Below, one piece after another: positions 12,301-26,848 of a stretch of DNA of 64,000 bases (position 1 is its first letter; the number at the start of each line of letters is the position of its first letter). Below the pieces are notes generated by a model. That model saw only the letters and a program-made list of their open reading frames with translations, searched no databases and was not told where the DNA came from. This DNA comes from Chrysomallon squamiferum (Eukaryota; Animalia; Mollusca): NCBI GenBank assembly GCA_012295275.1, contig CM022665.1, positions 24,676,001 through 24,740,000 of the forward strand, read 5' to 3'. Both the position numbers and the translations under genes were made by a program.

Positions 12301-15034
12301 GATGAAATCACCAGTACATCTCATGGTGGGACAACCTGGAATATAACACAGCATATACAGACGCACAAACCAAGAAAATACCTGCTTGTTAAAGAAGGCA
12401 GCAACTGGCTGGCAGAGGTATATATTTATTTTGTGTCTGTTTACGTTTATAAATAAAATTGGTTAACTCTTTGGAATCCATATCCTCTTTTCCAGTGTAG
12501 CTGAGATATAGATAAAGTTCACATTTTCCAGTATTTACTGCTTTATACACAACCACTGATCTCTATAGTAAAGCCAGTGATCACTATTTTTGGGAAGCAG
12601 ACTTATTATATACTTATTAAGCCATTATATCTATAGAGTTTTGGCCTGTATCTGATTTTTACTGTTTTAAAAAAATGGCTACAACTCAAAGGGTTAAACT
12701 GTATTGTGAGATGGATATACTGATGTTATATTGTTACTTATTTTCTATGTCCAGGTTTTGTTAATAGTAAAATATCACAATAAAATAATAAATATATGAG
12801 TTATAATGGTATGTTTTGTATAAATACCAATATCCTTGCCAAATTAACATATTCTCATATTTTGTATCATTGTTTTACATTTCTAAGGATGAAACAAAGT
12901 CATCTATTTGCTGTACATGTTAACTGATTTTATCCTGTGCTCTGAGCTTATATTTTAAGGACTGGCTGCATATTTTCTGTCTGTAGACATGGGAAAGTGA
13001 TAGTTTAAAATTAGTTACAGCTAAATGTAGTAATATGTATGACAGTATCCATTACTGATTTCTGAATAAGAAAAGTGGGATGCTTATTTTCCAGAATCCT
13101 AGTCACAAAGTCAAACAATGCTTATAGGTAAGTGATTTAAAATTGATTTTAAACTATAATTATTATTTCAGACATCAACAGAGCTTTGTACAAAAGATGT
13201 ACCAGAAAATGTGGTTCAGCAGTTGGAAGAGTTTGCTTCAAAACTGCTTCAGGATGAAGTATCTTTGTACAACAAACGTATGTTTAAATGAATAAGAATA
13301 AATTATTTAAATCATCCATACATTGTTAGGGATTTTATTTCTAATTGATGTATCCTATTTGTTTTCAAAAGTTAAACCTCAGAATAGCCAATTTTGGTTT
13401 GTCATTAAATTTTAGTTTGTTATTTTGGAGAATGTTACATTTTTTGTTTTTAACAATTTTTAATGATTAAATGTTGACTTGAAAAGTTACCATTAATAAA
13501 CTAATTTATATTAAAATGCCTTCAGTGACAAAGAGCAAGTCATAATTATTGTTACATATCTAGAACTAAACAGAAAGTAATACTTCTACTTTATGTTACT
13601 ACTACAAAACTACTGCATGCATTTCATTACTGGTCAAATAGAGTGTTTATTTGTTTTCTCTTACACAGAACGTGAGAGTGGCAGAAGATCAGAAGTAAAA
13701 TGGTTGAAGACAGTTCTTGGTTCAGGCACATTAAGTGATAAAGTTGCTGCTCTGACTCTTCTTGCACAGGAATCTCCTGTCCACAACCTCTCCAGCTTGG
13801 AGAGCTTGCTAAATATGACCAGAAAGAGAGCCAGAAGAGAATCTGTGATGGGAATTGGTATGCCCATTGTTATCTGATTTATTTTAACTTGTATTCAGTT
13901 TCATTTATTTCTAATTGTTTCATACATATTTTAATACTGCTTTATGGCAGATCTTCTCAAAATATTTTACATGCAACTATATATCTTATGTTTTTGACCA
14001 TTTTTGTGTCTAGTTTCATATCCCCAGATAATTTAATTTACCCATGGTCAAGTCATTAGATTAAGAAGCACTATTCATGGTTTTGAAAACATCAAATTTT
14101 CTTTTCATTTCAAATGCACTTCTTTTTTAATATTTATTATTTGGGTGTGTGTTTACTCTAACCATGTTGATGCTTATTATTACTAAGAACATTTTATTCA
14201 TTGAATTTTTATTTTTTTATTCATTTATAGGCTGTCATAATTATATCAGTTATATTTTATTATGGTTTTAGCACTTCAAAATTATATTTGTTACATCATC
14301 ATTAACAAATATAAAAACAGCTGTTTCAAATGAAAACAAAATGTTTTATCTCTTTAGATACATTAAGAGATTTGTTTCTTTCTGACCTGTTGCCAGACAA
14401 CAGAAAACTAAAAACATTTAGTCAGGTAATTATTTAAAGCCACCCCTAAAAAAATAATTTAAAAAATATATATATTACAATGAACAAAGTTAAATATATT
14501 GATATTTAAAAGACATTAATAACTCTAAACCACAACCTTCTGTAATATTTTATCATATTCTGTAACTGATTAATGCTTTTCACTTTTTACAACTAGGAAA
14601 TGGATATTTAATTTTGAGAAAATTCCAAGCAACAGTAATTAAATTATAAAAATTGGTTTTATGTTATTATTTTTAACTTGAATAACTAACATATTCTTTT
14701 AGAGTCAGAAAAGCATTTTAAAAACTAAATTGGTCTGGCTCTATTAAATTTGAAGAAATAAAATTCTGAAACTGAAAAAAAAGAAATATTTCTTCATTAA
14801 TTTGTATGATTGATGATTTTTGTAGCATCCTCTTTTGTCACTGGATGAAGTTTCAAGTGGAAACCGAGATGTTGTAGACAGAAAGTTGATATTGTGGTAT
14901 TTTGAATCACAATTGAAAGAAAAATTTTCAGAGTTTGTTAAAACACTGGAAGTAAGTTTAATTTTGATTCTCTCTTGGTTTAAAGTGTATCTTCCGAGAT
15001 ATGTATCATATATTTACAACAACAACCCCAAAAA

Positions 15035-15065
<31 letters not shown>

Positions 15066-15567
15066 GAAAAAAAAAAAAAAAAAAAAACCTCCACCAAAAC
15101 AGTAAATTGTCATGAGACAAATTGTTTAAAATCCAGATAATGAATGGAAACCAGTGGTTTTCATTATGGTTCAGACATTTAATTTGTTTTGATGGAAATA
15201 AAGCCTGAACTAATTTATCATTTATTTTTTATTATAAAATGTAATAAAGTCAGGTCGCTGCAAATATATATTAAAAAAAAAAAAAATAAAGACGTGAGAT
15301 TTTATCTACCTTTTACAACTTCTATTTTGTATGCCAAAAAAATTAAATAATTTGTCTTCTTTTTTTTAAATCTTTTATTAAACAAATATATGTTCCTGTT
15401 TAAGCAGGTAAACTTTTTTTTTCATTGTTTGATATTTTACTAATTAAATAAGTTAATACACTTACTGTGTTTGTTATGAAATCATTTTACTGTACTATAT
15501 GTTATTTTTCTCAAAGGCTTTAATTAAAATAACAAATTCAATCATAAATACATGTATGAATGTGTAT

Positions 15568-15628
<61 letters not shown>

Positions 15629-18600
15629 AACACAAACACAAACAAACAAGCAAACACACACATACTTATTGTATTTATTGTATGTTTTAGACCCTGTCAC
15701 ATGATACGATATTATCAACAAAAGAGAAAGCATTAAGTGAGTATTGCAAGTCAACTAGCTACATTTGAAATGAGTGATATATTATACTGAATTTGATTAC
15801 TTGTTTGGGCAATATAGCATTGCTGACTAAAGTTTTTTGATTTTTTTGTAACTGAAATGACACTGGTATGTTAAATATTTGATTTATTTGAGTTAATATA
15901 AATATCTTGTTACCTGCCAAACTATTTTCACATCTATTATTATTCAGTTGTTGTTTGTTCATTAAAAGTTTAATAATTTTTAAATTTTATTTTTTAAATT
16001 GCAAGGTTCTGTGTTCAGTCTGCTAGCTAACAAACCTGAACAAGAAAATGTAAGTTTTGTTTTTATGTTACTGCTTGTTATATTACTTATTAGATATTTG
16101 AAATAATATAATAAATACTCATGGGAAGATCCAGGATTTAAAAAAAAAAAAAAGGCAAAAAAGGGCAAGGTTTTCTCATTGTAGTGGATATAGATTTCCT
16201 GATGGAATGACGACTTTGGCAATAACAAATATGTGACAAAAAATATTGATTATGGTCATGCCTTCCCTTTTCTGAAATGCTGGTTCTACCTTTGCATACT
16301 ACAACATGCAGTTCTTCAGTTAATAAAAGGAAATGGACATCATTTTTTTTTATGTTAAATCTATTTAAATTTTGATGTATGGGAAAATATTTTAATTAAT
16401 TTATTTATTTATCATTAGTATTTAAAAAAAAAAAAAAAAAAAATATTAATTACATGGTTTTGACAATTTTATTGAATTGAAATTTTATTTATTATTATAT
16501 TTTTTTTATAAATGAATAAAATTGACATACAAAAATACTTGTTGAACTTCAAAAACATTTTAAAAATAAAAAAAATAAAACCATATACCTCTTGATAATA
16601 AAATGTGTTTAAATACTTTCAGATAAATTTTCCTTCTGTTTTTTCTTTTATAAATATGTTTTAACTATAAAAATAAAATAAATTGTTAATATTGTGAAGC
16701 ATGTCTCTATTTTTTAAGTCATTAAATTTATAATTAATTTCAGATTTCTTACTTTGAAAAAATTAATGGGCATTCATCTACTAATATTTTATTGAACTAT
16801 TTTCACATATTTATTATTTTTAATTCAGTAATATAAATTTACAGCAATTACACACAAACATTTTTTTCTAAACATACTATCTTGGTATAAATACAATAAA
16901 TTTACAATAATATATATATGTTTTTTTTTATTTATTTGATTTTTCTGTTTCAGGCATTGTTACCTATGATTGTGAACAAGCTGGGTGACCCAGATCACAA
17001 ACTTGCATCAAAAGCGTGTCACTATTTGACAAAACTTGGTAAGCTGATTTTTATTATTATTATTTTAAAAAGAACAATGAAATAAAAATCTTTATTTATT
17101 TGTTTTTATTAATAATTACTTTAGAAAAAAGAAACTTGTGTTAGGATAAATAGAGAAATATTTTGGAGCATTACTGGATCTGTTATGAACATTCGAATGT
17201 ATTTCCTGTTCTCTTTAGTATTTAAAATTTTAATTTGTTGTACTTCTTTTTCTTTTTTTAAAGTTACATAGCCAAAAAAATTAGTTATTTTCAAAACTGA
17301 TGTACTTATTTGAGCATTCACTGTTTCTCTTACACATTTTTAAATTTTTATCTTTTTTAATTTAAAGTTATGAAGCACCCAAACATGAAGGGAATTATTT
17401 TAGAAGCTGTGGAAAATTTAGTTTACAGACCAAATGTATCTAAAAAAGCACAGTAAGTTTAATTTAGTTATATTATTGTATTTCCAGTGATGAAAGTTCT
17501 ATTCCTGTCTGTGGGTTTATGCCATTTTGGTCCACTGAATAAAAGTTTAAACATAACTGGCAGTAGTGCACTCCTCTGCCATTCCACCTTTTAGGTACAC
17601 CAATATGTTGGTGCTGCCTACAAAATGATGGCTGCCATTATTCCTCCACTGTTTCTGTCTTATTATTGGCAGATTCCATCATGCAAGGTGTCATTCCTGC
17701 ATGAGAACTGTGTGCAGTATTTCATAATAGTGCATTCTGATGATTCCTTGCATGATATAAATGAAACTGTGTCAGTTATTTATAATGTTCTGGAGAGGAC
17801 AGCTGCTCTGGAGGTAATTGAATTGGGAGTCAAGAATAAGAAGGACAGTTTTGGTGATTTTTTTTATTGACTAGGTTTAAAAGATCATTGAACAAGATGC
17901 TGTAATATGTGACTGATGTAGAGACAAAATTAAATATGATGGAAAACTGAAGCAAAAATTTCTCTTCTTTCATCTTTCACTAGGCCAGGGAAGGGGAAAA
18001 TCTTTTCTTTTCTTTTTTTGTCTTTTTTTGGTTTTGCTTAGATTTGCTATAGTTAAATGTGCTGTTTTCTGAGGTAAAACTATAGGGTGAATTCTAAAAT
18101 TTTCATCCAGTTTTTTGAAGAGGATTTCTACTACTTGAAATTGACATTTTTATTGAAAGTTGTTTTCACAGGTAATAAATGTTATTAAAATAATTAAAAT
18201 GTAGCATTAATATATAAAAATTAATTTCAGGAAGTGAAATAAAAATGAATAAAATTTATGATTACAAGGACTTAAAATTTTCAAATGATATGCTTTAGTA
18301 GAACTTGCATTAAGATCACGTACATATTATGATAAGCAAAGCAATTTCCTTTTAATATTGGCCCATTCAGACTAATTCAATGACTGAGGCACAGAAAAGC
18401 TGCTCATATAAACTGCTGTTAATATTTTATTTGACTTTTAACAAAAAGTTTCTTTTACCATATTTATTTATGTTTATGTGTAAATTACATTAAAGTGTTG
18501 ACACTAAATTATTGTTATTATTTTTCTTAATTACTTTTTGTTTTGTTTGTTTTACAGATACTATGCCATGTGTTTCCTTAGTCAGATTGTACTGACTCAT

Positions 18601-19257
18601 TCTGACCAAGCTTTGGCTCTCAGGCTGATTGATGTTTACTTTTCATTCTTCAAGGTAATCTATTTTTTTCATACTTATTTATATACTGGATATCATATTT
18701 TCTGCCATAGCTAAATGTTAGCACTCAGAATATACTTGTTCACCAAAGTATTTACCAGCACAATTATTTGTGCTGTATTGTGTCATCATGTCTGTTTTTT
18801 TCATGGTAGATATTTGTAAGTAAAGGTGAAGTGGACAGTAAAATGATGGCAGCTCTTCTCACTGGGGTCAATCGAGCTTATCCATTTGCCAAAGGTTAGT
18901 CAGTGTTTGTGTAATAAATACTAGTACACAACCCTGTCTAGTAGTAGATAGAAAAATATCTATAGTGTTAAGCAAAAAACATGTATGGAAATTGTTATGA
19001 CCTTTTTAATAACTCATGACATTTTCTTCTTCATTTTTTTGGTCAGTAACTATATATGAATATAAGAATAAACTTTTTTTGCAGTTCAGAATTTGAAACA
19101 AGTTAAGAGTAAAGTTGCTGTAGACTATTTTTGCCATAGTTAATTTTAGATCATGTTATTTTACTGAAATAGTTGCTCTCTCCTTCTTAAATATATTCTA
19201 TCTTTCTTTGTTTAAAAATGTAATACCAGTTTTATTGTCGCCTTTTATGGAATTATT

Positions 19258-19288
<31 letters not shown>

Positions 19289-22200
19289 TTAACAATAACA
19301 ATAACAATAATAATTATAACTGTACAACCATTCTTGAACTGAATCCTGATTTCCAAATGTTTGGGTCACCAGCATATAACATTAAATAACAATTCTTTTA
19401 TTTCAGTGGACAGGAACTACTTCACAGAACAGATGAACACACTGTTTAAAATTGTTCACATTGTTAACTTCAACACAAGTCTACAAGCTCTGATGTTGTT
19501 ACAGCAAGTCATGGATGCAAGGTAATGATGATTCACAAATTTTCTTTATTTATAATCTACAAAAAAAAAAAAAAAAAAATTTTTGTGGGTGTATGTATAT
19601 AATGGAGGAAAAGAGTTAGTCCTCCATATATGTAATTTTGTTATACTGTATATTTTTTTAATAAGAAATTTCTGTTTGATATTCAAAGTTAAACAATTTG
19701 CTATAATTCTTTCTAAATTAATAATAATAAAAAATAAAAAATACAAACTTATGTCAGAATTACCACCTTTTCTTTAAAAAAAAGATATCTGAAAATTTAA
19801 AAAAACCTGAATAAATCGCAAACAAATAAGAATAAACAAAAAAAAAGTCACAAAATAAAATATCTATAATATAATTGTTTAACATTATTTTATAAAAATA
19901 TTCTTTTTCTTTTAATTCCATTTTAGCCATAGTGGATCAGATAGATATTACATGGCACTGTACAAGAAATTAGCTGACCCATCTCTGAAAACTTCATCAA
20001 AACATGCTCTCTTTTTAAACTTGCTTTACAAGAGTCTGATAAAGGATGTGTCAGATAAAAGAATAAAGGTAAAAAAAAAAAAAAAAAAACCCCACATCCT
20101 TAATGATAATAATATATAGCTTGTAATAGTACCAGTTATGTGTTTTGTTTGGTAACAGAAACCAATCTTTCTGATGATAATGAATGAAAATAAAATGATC
20201 TTGTGAGCATTATGGATTCTGATATATATATATTTAATCATTATGAAGGTATTATGTAAAAAGAAATGTTAAACAGATCACTGACAGTTTGTTGATATGA
20301 CAGCTTTAAACAGTTTCATAATCTTTCAGGTTTCACATTATTGTTATTTTTAAAATATATCTGCCTTTGAAAAGATTACTAAATAAATGGTTTTAGTAAT
20401 ATCTAAATAAATATTCAGTTATCAGAAATGTACCTTTTAAAACAATTATTTTATTTCATTTTATTTTATTTTCAGGCCTTTGCTAAAAGATTACTTCAGA
20501 TTTGCTCATATCAGACTGCACAGTTTGTTTGTGGAGCTCTTGTACTGTTATCAGAGGTGTGTTATAAGCCATTAATAAAGAAATATTTAAAATTTCTGTT
20601 TTATAAAAAAAAAAAAAAAAAAAATCAGGAACAAAATAATCATGTATATAGTTGTAAAAATTAAAAACAAATATTTATATTAATTTTTTTTGATTAACCA
20701 CAGAAAAATGTCTGTTTTATAAATTAATAAATAAAATTATCTGAACAATATTTTTCTACGTTGACTGTCTATTAAATGTCTGTTTGTATTATATTACCAT
20801 TATGATTTATTATTATAATTTTTTTTTTTACCTCAAAATTAAATGCTTTCACTACAGGTTATAAAGGAAAAACCAGGCATCATGAACTTCAAACATGTTT
20901 CTGAGGTAAATATTTGTTTTCTTGAGTAACATCTTTAAGTTAATATTGCAACCAATACCCCTTGATTAGTTCATATCTGACTATGTCTCCTTCCTCTCTC
21001 TCTCTCTCTCTCTCTGTATTTCTGTCTGTATTTCTCTCCATTCTTTATTTATTACTTATTCCTATAGGAGTCTGATGATGAAGAACACTTTGTGGATTGT
21101 CCAGAAGATGATGAGTTTAAAGTAAATAATAAAGAAGATAGTTACCACAGAAGCTCAGATGGAGAACAGGAGAAACATTTGCCAGAATCCAGTACAAAAA
21201 CTCCATCATCATGGTTACACAGACAAAACACTACCAGTACGTAATTCCATTATAAAATTGTACTTACACTAAATATCATTTATAAAAAAAGATAATAATC
21301 AAATAAAAGAATTATTGATTGAATATTTTTAATATTCTCACTTTTGATTGTGATGATAATATTAAAATTGGATTTACTATTCCAGCTCACTGTTAGTACT
21401 ACTTCCAGCTTGTAGCTACTTCTATTATTATTACTACCAAGTAATTTCTACTAAGTAACAAGTAAAGGCTGCTATTTTATTTTTCTTATTTTTAATTGTA
21501 ACTTAGTGCCAGGGATGCTAACTTTACTTTTCTTAGAAAAAACAAGAGTTGTCTGAAATCATATTCAAATAAAGGGAAAATGGTGTTCAAAAAGGAAATC
21601 TTTTTTTTTTTTTTTTTAAGGAAATACAGTCTACAAACTGGTGTATCATCTTTGATTTGTTTCTAATAGTGAATACTGTTTGTAATCAAATTTGGATGAA
21701 ATAAATACTTTTGCTTATTAAATGATATTTAATTTATTTTGTGCTTAATAAAACATTCACTAATTTTCTTGGTTAAATGAAGAATTAAGTGTACTGCAAT
21801 AGATTTCATCTCTTAAAATATTCACTGCATAAACATCGAATATAAAAATGTTTTGAGTTCTCTTAAAAAGTTAATTTCTATTCATTTGTTTATTGCATTT
21901 AATTATTATTTACAGGAAAATCAGAATCAGGAGATTATGATCCATATTTTCGAAATCCTCTCTACTGTCGAGCTGATCACGAATGTATTTGGGAGTTAGA
22001 AAAGCTAGTGCAGCATTTTCACCCGACTGTCAGTTTGTTTGCTAAAACATTGTTGGAGGTAGGTGGCTATAATAATATACTTACTGTTGTCCTAGCTTGT
22101 TGGATTTTTTTGATAAAAGTAGATGGCTAAAAATATATATCTATCCATTGGTAGTGGGATTTTATTTGTTTGCTTAAGACTCAGTTAGAGATAGTAGGTG

Positions 22201-25200
22201 AATTGAATAAGATATTAGTATTTATTCATATTTTATTAATTATTTAATCAAACAAACCCATTTTTAAAATTTAGTTTACATGCATTTGTTACAGAAATAC
22301 TATTCAGAAATTTTGGTTTAAAGTTTTCAAAAACAATATTATAATGAAACACAGGGGTTTGTTTACCTTTATGAATATCAGAATTTAGCAATACAGGAGA
22401 CTGTTAATTAACTTTAAGAGTATATGAATGTGTGATTTTATTACAGAACAAGCACATTGAATATACTGGCGATCCTTTACAAGACTTCACACTGAAACGA
22501 TTCTTGGACAGATTTGTTTACAAAAACCCAAAGAAACGAGATCAAGGTAAACTGAAAGAAAAACTAAATCACAGTATACACTTGAGTGTTTATTTCATTT
22601 TAATAATTATATGGTGGCCATCATATTCAGGATGAAATAAAGTTTTATTCTATAAACTTTTCTTCTTCAAAACAATGTCTGCTGTAGTGATTGATTGTAC
22701 CTCCAGGATCTCTTCATAATTCAAAAAGAAAATTACGTGAATGTATTCTAAGATGCAGTTATCTATGTAATTATTTCACAATAATAATAATAATAATAAT
22801 TAAATTGTTTATTCCTGATTTAATTTTTAATCAAACACAGAATTTTAACCAAATGATATTATTTAAAAAACAAAAATTAATAAATAATTAAAGATTGTCT
22901 TTGCTTTGAGAAAATATTTCAAGTCGTTATTGTTATCAAAATATTTTTTAACCAAGAAGCCCCCAAAAACCCAAACCAATTACAATGTTACAATATATTG
23001 TTACTTGATTTCAGTTGAAGACAGAATTAAGTTGTCCATGTCAAGAAAGACAAAATTTGGAGTTATGGGTGTAAAGGGAATAGCAGTGAACACAGAACAG
23101 TACCTGGAAAAAGGCGAGGCACAAATACCAGTTGATGAGAAATTTTTCTTCAAGTGAGTCATATTTAGTTATTTTTAAAAGACATATTTTTATCAGTTCA
23201 TTTGAATTCTTGGTTACAGTTTCAATTAATTTATTTAGATACTGAACTGGCCCAGTTAATTTGAAAAAGATTAATTATCTTAAACATTATCTTTATTTTC
23301 CCTGTTAGTTACATTTTTAAAAATAATTATTTTATTGGGAAAACTATATAATAATAATAAAGAAAAATGAAGACAGGAAAATTGAAGAGGAAAAAATCTT
23401 AAACTCACCAAAAAACTATACTTCTAGTACTATTACTACTTTTAATAACAGTAATAATAAATAAATAAACAAATAAATAAAATGAATAAAACAAAAACTA
23501 TTATAAAATAAAAGCAGTTTTTAACCAAACCATACTGAAAGCTTCATAGAAAACACTGGTAAAAAACAACCTAAAACCACATTAATTAAATAATAGATAG
23601 AAGAAAATAAATAAAAACTACTATAAAATAAAAGCGGTTTTCAAAGGAACTGATGTAAATTGTTTTTCTGTTAGATATTTCAGCCAGAAAGCTACCCAGA
23701 ACAAGAAAAAAGGGAAGGATGATGACAGTGATGTCAGTGATTCAGAGTTTGATGCATATTTAGGTTAGTAAGATATCAATTTTTAATTCAGTCTGAAGTA
23801 AAAAACAAAAAAAATATATATATTGATAGTTCTATGAACTTTATCTTGGACATTTAATAGTTGTTCATATTAAAATGTGTTGGGGTTTTGTTAAGTATAT
23901 TCATTTTTGTGTCAAGTACTAATTAGTAAAATATATTTTTTGGAGTTACTAAACAGTGCTTAATAAGAAATAGGTTAAATGGTATTTAATGTACTGTAAC
24001 TATTGTTTTAACTTGTTATGTGTGTAGTGTATGAAAATAGACTGGGGTTTATATGAAGAATTAATTACTGCTAATTGAAATGTATAACATAATGAGTGAA
24101 ATAAATAAATAATATTGTTGTATTTTTATTAATATTTTCAGATACCTTTGAAAAGGGTGTTGATGCAGGTGCTGTTGATCTTGATTTTGATTTTGCTGGG
24201 TAAATATTCCATTTATATATTATTAGTATTTTTTTATATTTATCTATTTTTGAAGTTGCTGTTTATGTGATAGTTTCATATATATTATAAATATTTTATT
24301 TTTTTATTTTATTTGATGAGGGTGTGTGGGTTCTGTTTATATAAATGTTAGTACAGACAAACCAAATAGATTTATTTTTAAGTCATGTAATATTCTTGTC
24401 ATTACCATCAACTAAATACACTTGTTTTTTCAAATGTACTGATGTCACTACAGCTGTTATTATTACTATTCCAGCATACTGTTACTACTACTGCAAGCTT
24501 GTGGCTTACTGCTACGTCTATTATTATTACTACTATTAATGTTCCTATTCCAACTACTTGTTTCTACTTCTGTTACTGATAATATCTACTTCTACTACTT
24601 CTAATTTTATTACTACCCTATTTTTTCTACTTGCTATACTGTTATTGCTTCCACAACTTTTACTTTTTATGTATTCGTGCACCCACAACAACTGCTGTGA
24701 TACTAATATTTAGATGCTACTATTGTCATTACTCTTTTTTTTCTGACATAATAAAATATCTTTTGTTTGTGTTATAAATGATTTGTTTTAACAATGAGTG
24801 AACACAAAATAAGCTTTAATGGATAACAATAAATATCTTGGGATATTAATTTCCACAGAGAGCTTGACAAGAAGACAAAAGAAAAGAAGAAGAAGGTGAA
24901 ATCCAAACAAGAAAGCAGCTCAGAAGAAGAAGAAGATGATGAAGATGATCTCTCAGATGATGAACTCCAGTTCAGTGAAGATGAAGATTTGGCTAAAGCT
25001 TTTAAGGAGGAGATGCAAAAAGTACAGGACAAAAATGTTAAGGATGATGATTTTGATGAAGATGATGATGATTTTGATAAAGGTGATCAGGATGATTTTG
25101 ATGAAGAGGACATTTCATTTTCTGATGATGGTATGTATTATTAGTTACTAGTTTCACTAGGAGTTATTAAACAGTTAAATTATTTATTTATTTAGTACAG

Positions 25201-26808
25201 TTTAACCATATTGTGTATTATACCTTTTTTTATTTTTATACTGAAGCATTGTAAATTATATTTATACAATGTATCATTACAGTTCACTGACACATAATTC
25301 ATTATTATTATGCACTACATATCATTATACACTATAGCATACTCATGCACTGTATATGTTTTTGTTTATTAACATATACTATCTATTTATTATCATCATT
25401 TTGTTTATTTTCCATCTTGAAAATTATAACTACCACTGTGACTGCACTCACTTTTACTAAAACTCTGGATCCACTCCTTTCATTGTTAATGTAGTAAAAT
25501 TGACATAATTGTTTTTTTTTTGTGTATTATTACTGTCATATAGTTAGAATGTCTGTTACATATTGATTATTATTATTAGTAGTAGTAGTATTTTATACTT
25601 ATTGCATTTATTGTTGTAATCAATTAGAAAGCAATATTTAACTCTTGAAAAATACCATCTTTTTGTTAACATTTTTATTATGTGAAGTCCATACAAATAC
25701 AACAGCAACTGATATACATAAAACAGATTGTACAGTAACAGCTTGTACAAAACAGTATAAGATACCTTGTTTTTTTCAAATCGGTCACTGTTTCCTAAGT
25801 AAATAACAGTATTATTGATAATATTGGTCAGTCAGTATAATCAATATACATTTTCTTATCACTGTTTATAAACAAAAAAGTTAAGTAAATCAAATAATTC
25901 TATATGATCAAATGTATTTCATTTTTTAAAAATGGTAGTAGATGAGTGAGGGTGGATTTAAATGTGTGTATTATGTATGTGCATCTTGCTATCTTAAGTG
26001 TGTGTGTGTGTGTGTTGTATTGCCATAAGGAATTAAAACCAAAAACTGATTCAGCTTATCTGTACCATGCATTTGTTACTTAAAATAGGAACAACTTAAT
26101 ACTTAATTATGTAAGCATTATTTTGTGTGTGTTTGTGTGTGTGTGTGTGTGTGTATGTGTGTGTGTGTTTGCAATACAATGATAACAACAGTATCATTTG
26201 TTATTTAAAATAAAGATGACCCAGTAATTAATTATGTAATGTTTCTTTTGTGTGTGTGCATTTGTACTTCTTTGTATGTTACATTTATATATAGTTTTTG
26301 TATATATATATATATATATATGGAATTCTTGATGTTTATTTATTTACTTATTTACTTATTTATTTATTTGTTTATTTTGTTATTTACTGCTGTGCACAAA
26401 TGTGACACCTAACCACAAAGATACACATGAATATATTAATGAGAGTTAATATTTTTACAGCAGAAAATATTTATAGATAATAATAGCACACCCACTGTGA
26501 CAGACAGCACTGTTAGTCATAACAAAATAGCCTCAAACATTCCATCAATCAAATATTTTGTATTATTAATGTCATATGTGATCTGCTCATTCAGTAGTTT
26601 GTCCAGAAATAGCATACTGAATGAAAACCAATACATAATGTTTTATTTTAGGTTGCACAACTGTAGAATAACAGATGGTATGACAAAACAATAAACCAAC
26701 TGATTCTCAGTCTTAGATGTTATCACAAACAATAACAACTAGTTAACTAAAACTATCTTTTCATAATAAACAGTAAAATTAAATTAGTATTTATCTATGA
26801 CTAGCAAA

Positions 26809-26848
<40 letters not shown>

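Noticed and set aside
16200-16280. Possible C/D box snoRNA (ATGACGA ... TGCCTTCCCTTTTCTGA) in CEBPZ intron 10
   Set aside because: Imperfect C box, the guide-like stretch is mismatched and mis-spaced relative to the D box, no terminal stem, and it lies within a decayed MITE-like element.
17488-17540. GTGATGA...CTGA pair in CEBPZ intron 12
   Set aside because: Only about 50 nt apart, no terminal stem or rRNA-complementary guide recognised.
17625-17870. 81-aa intronic ORF in CEBPZ intron 12
   Set aside because: Not needed for the CEBPZ frame and no recognisable homology; probably decayed transposon sequence.
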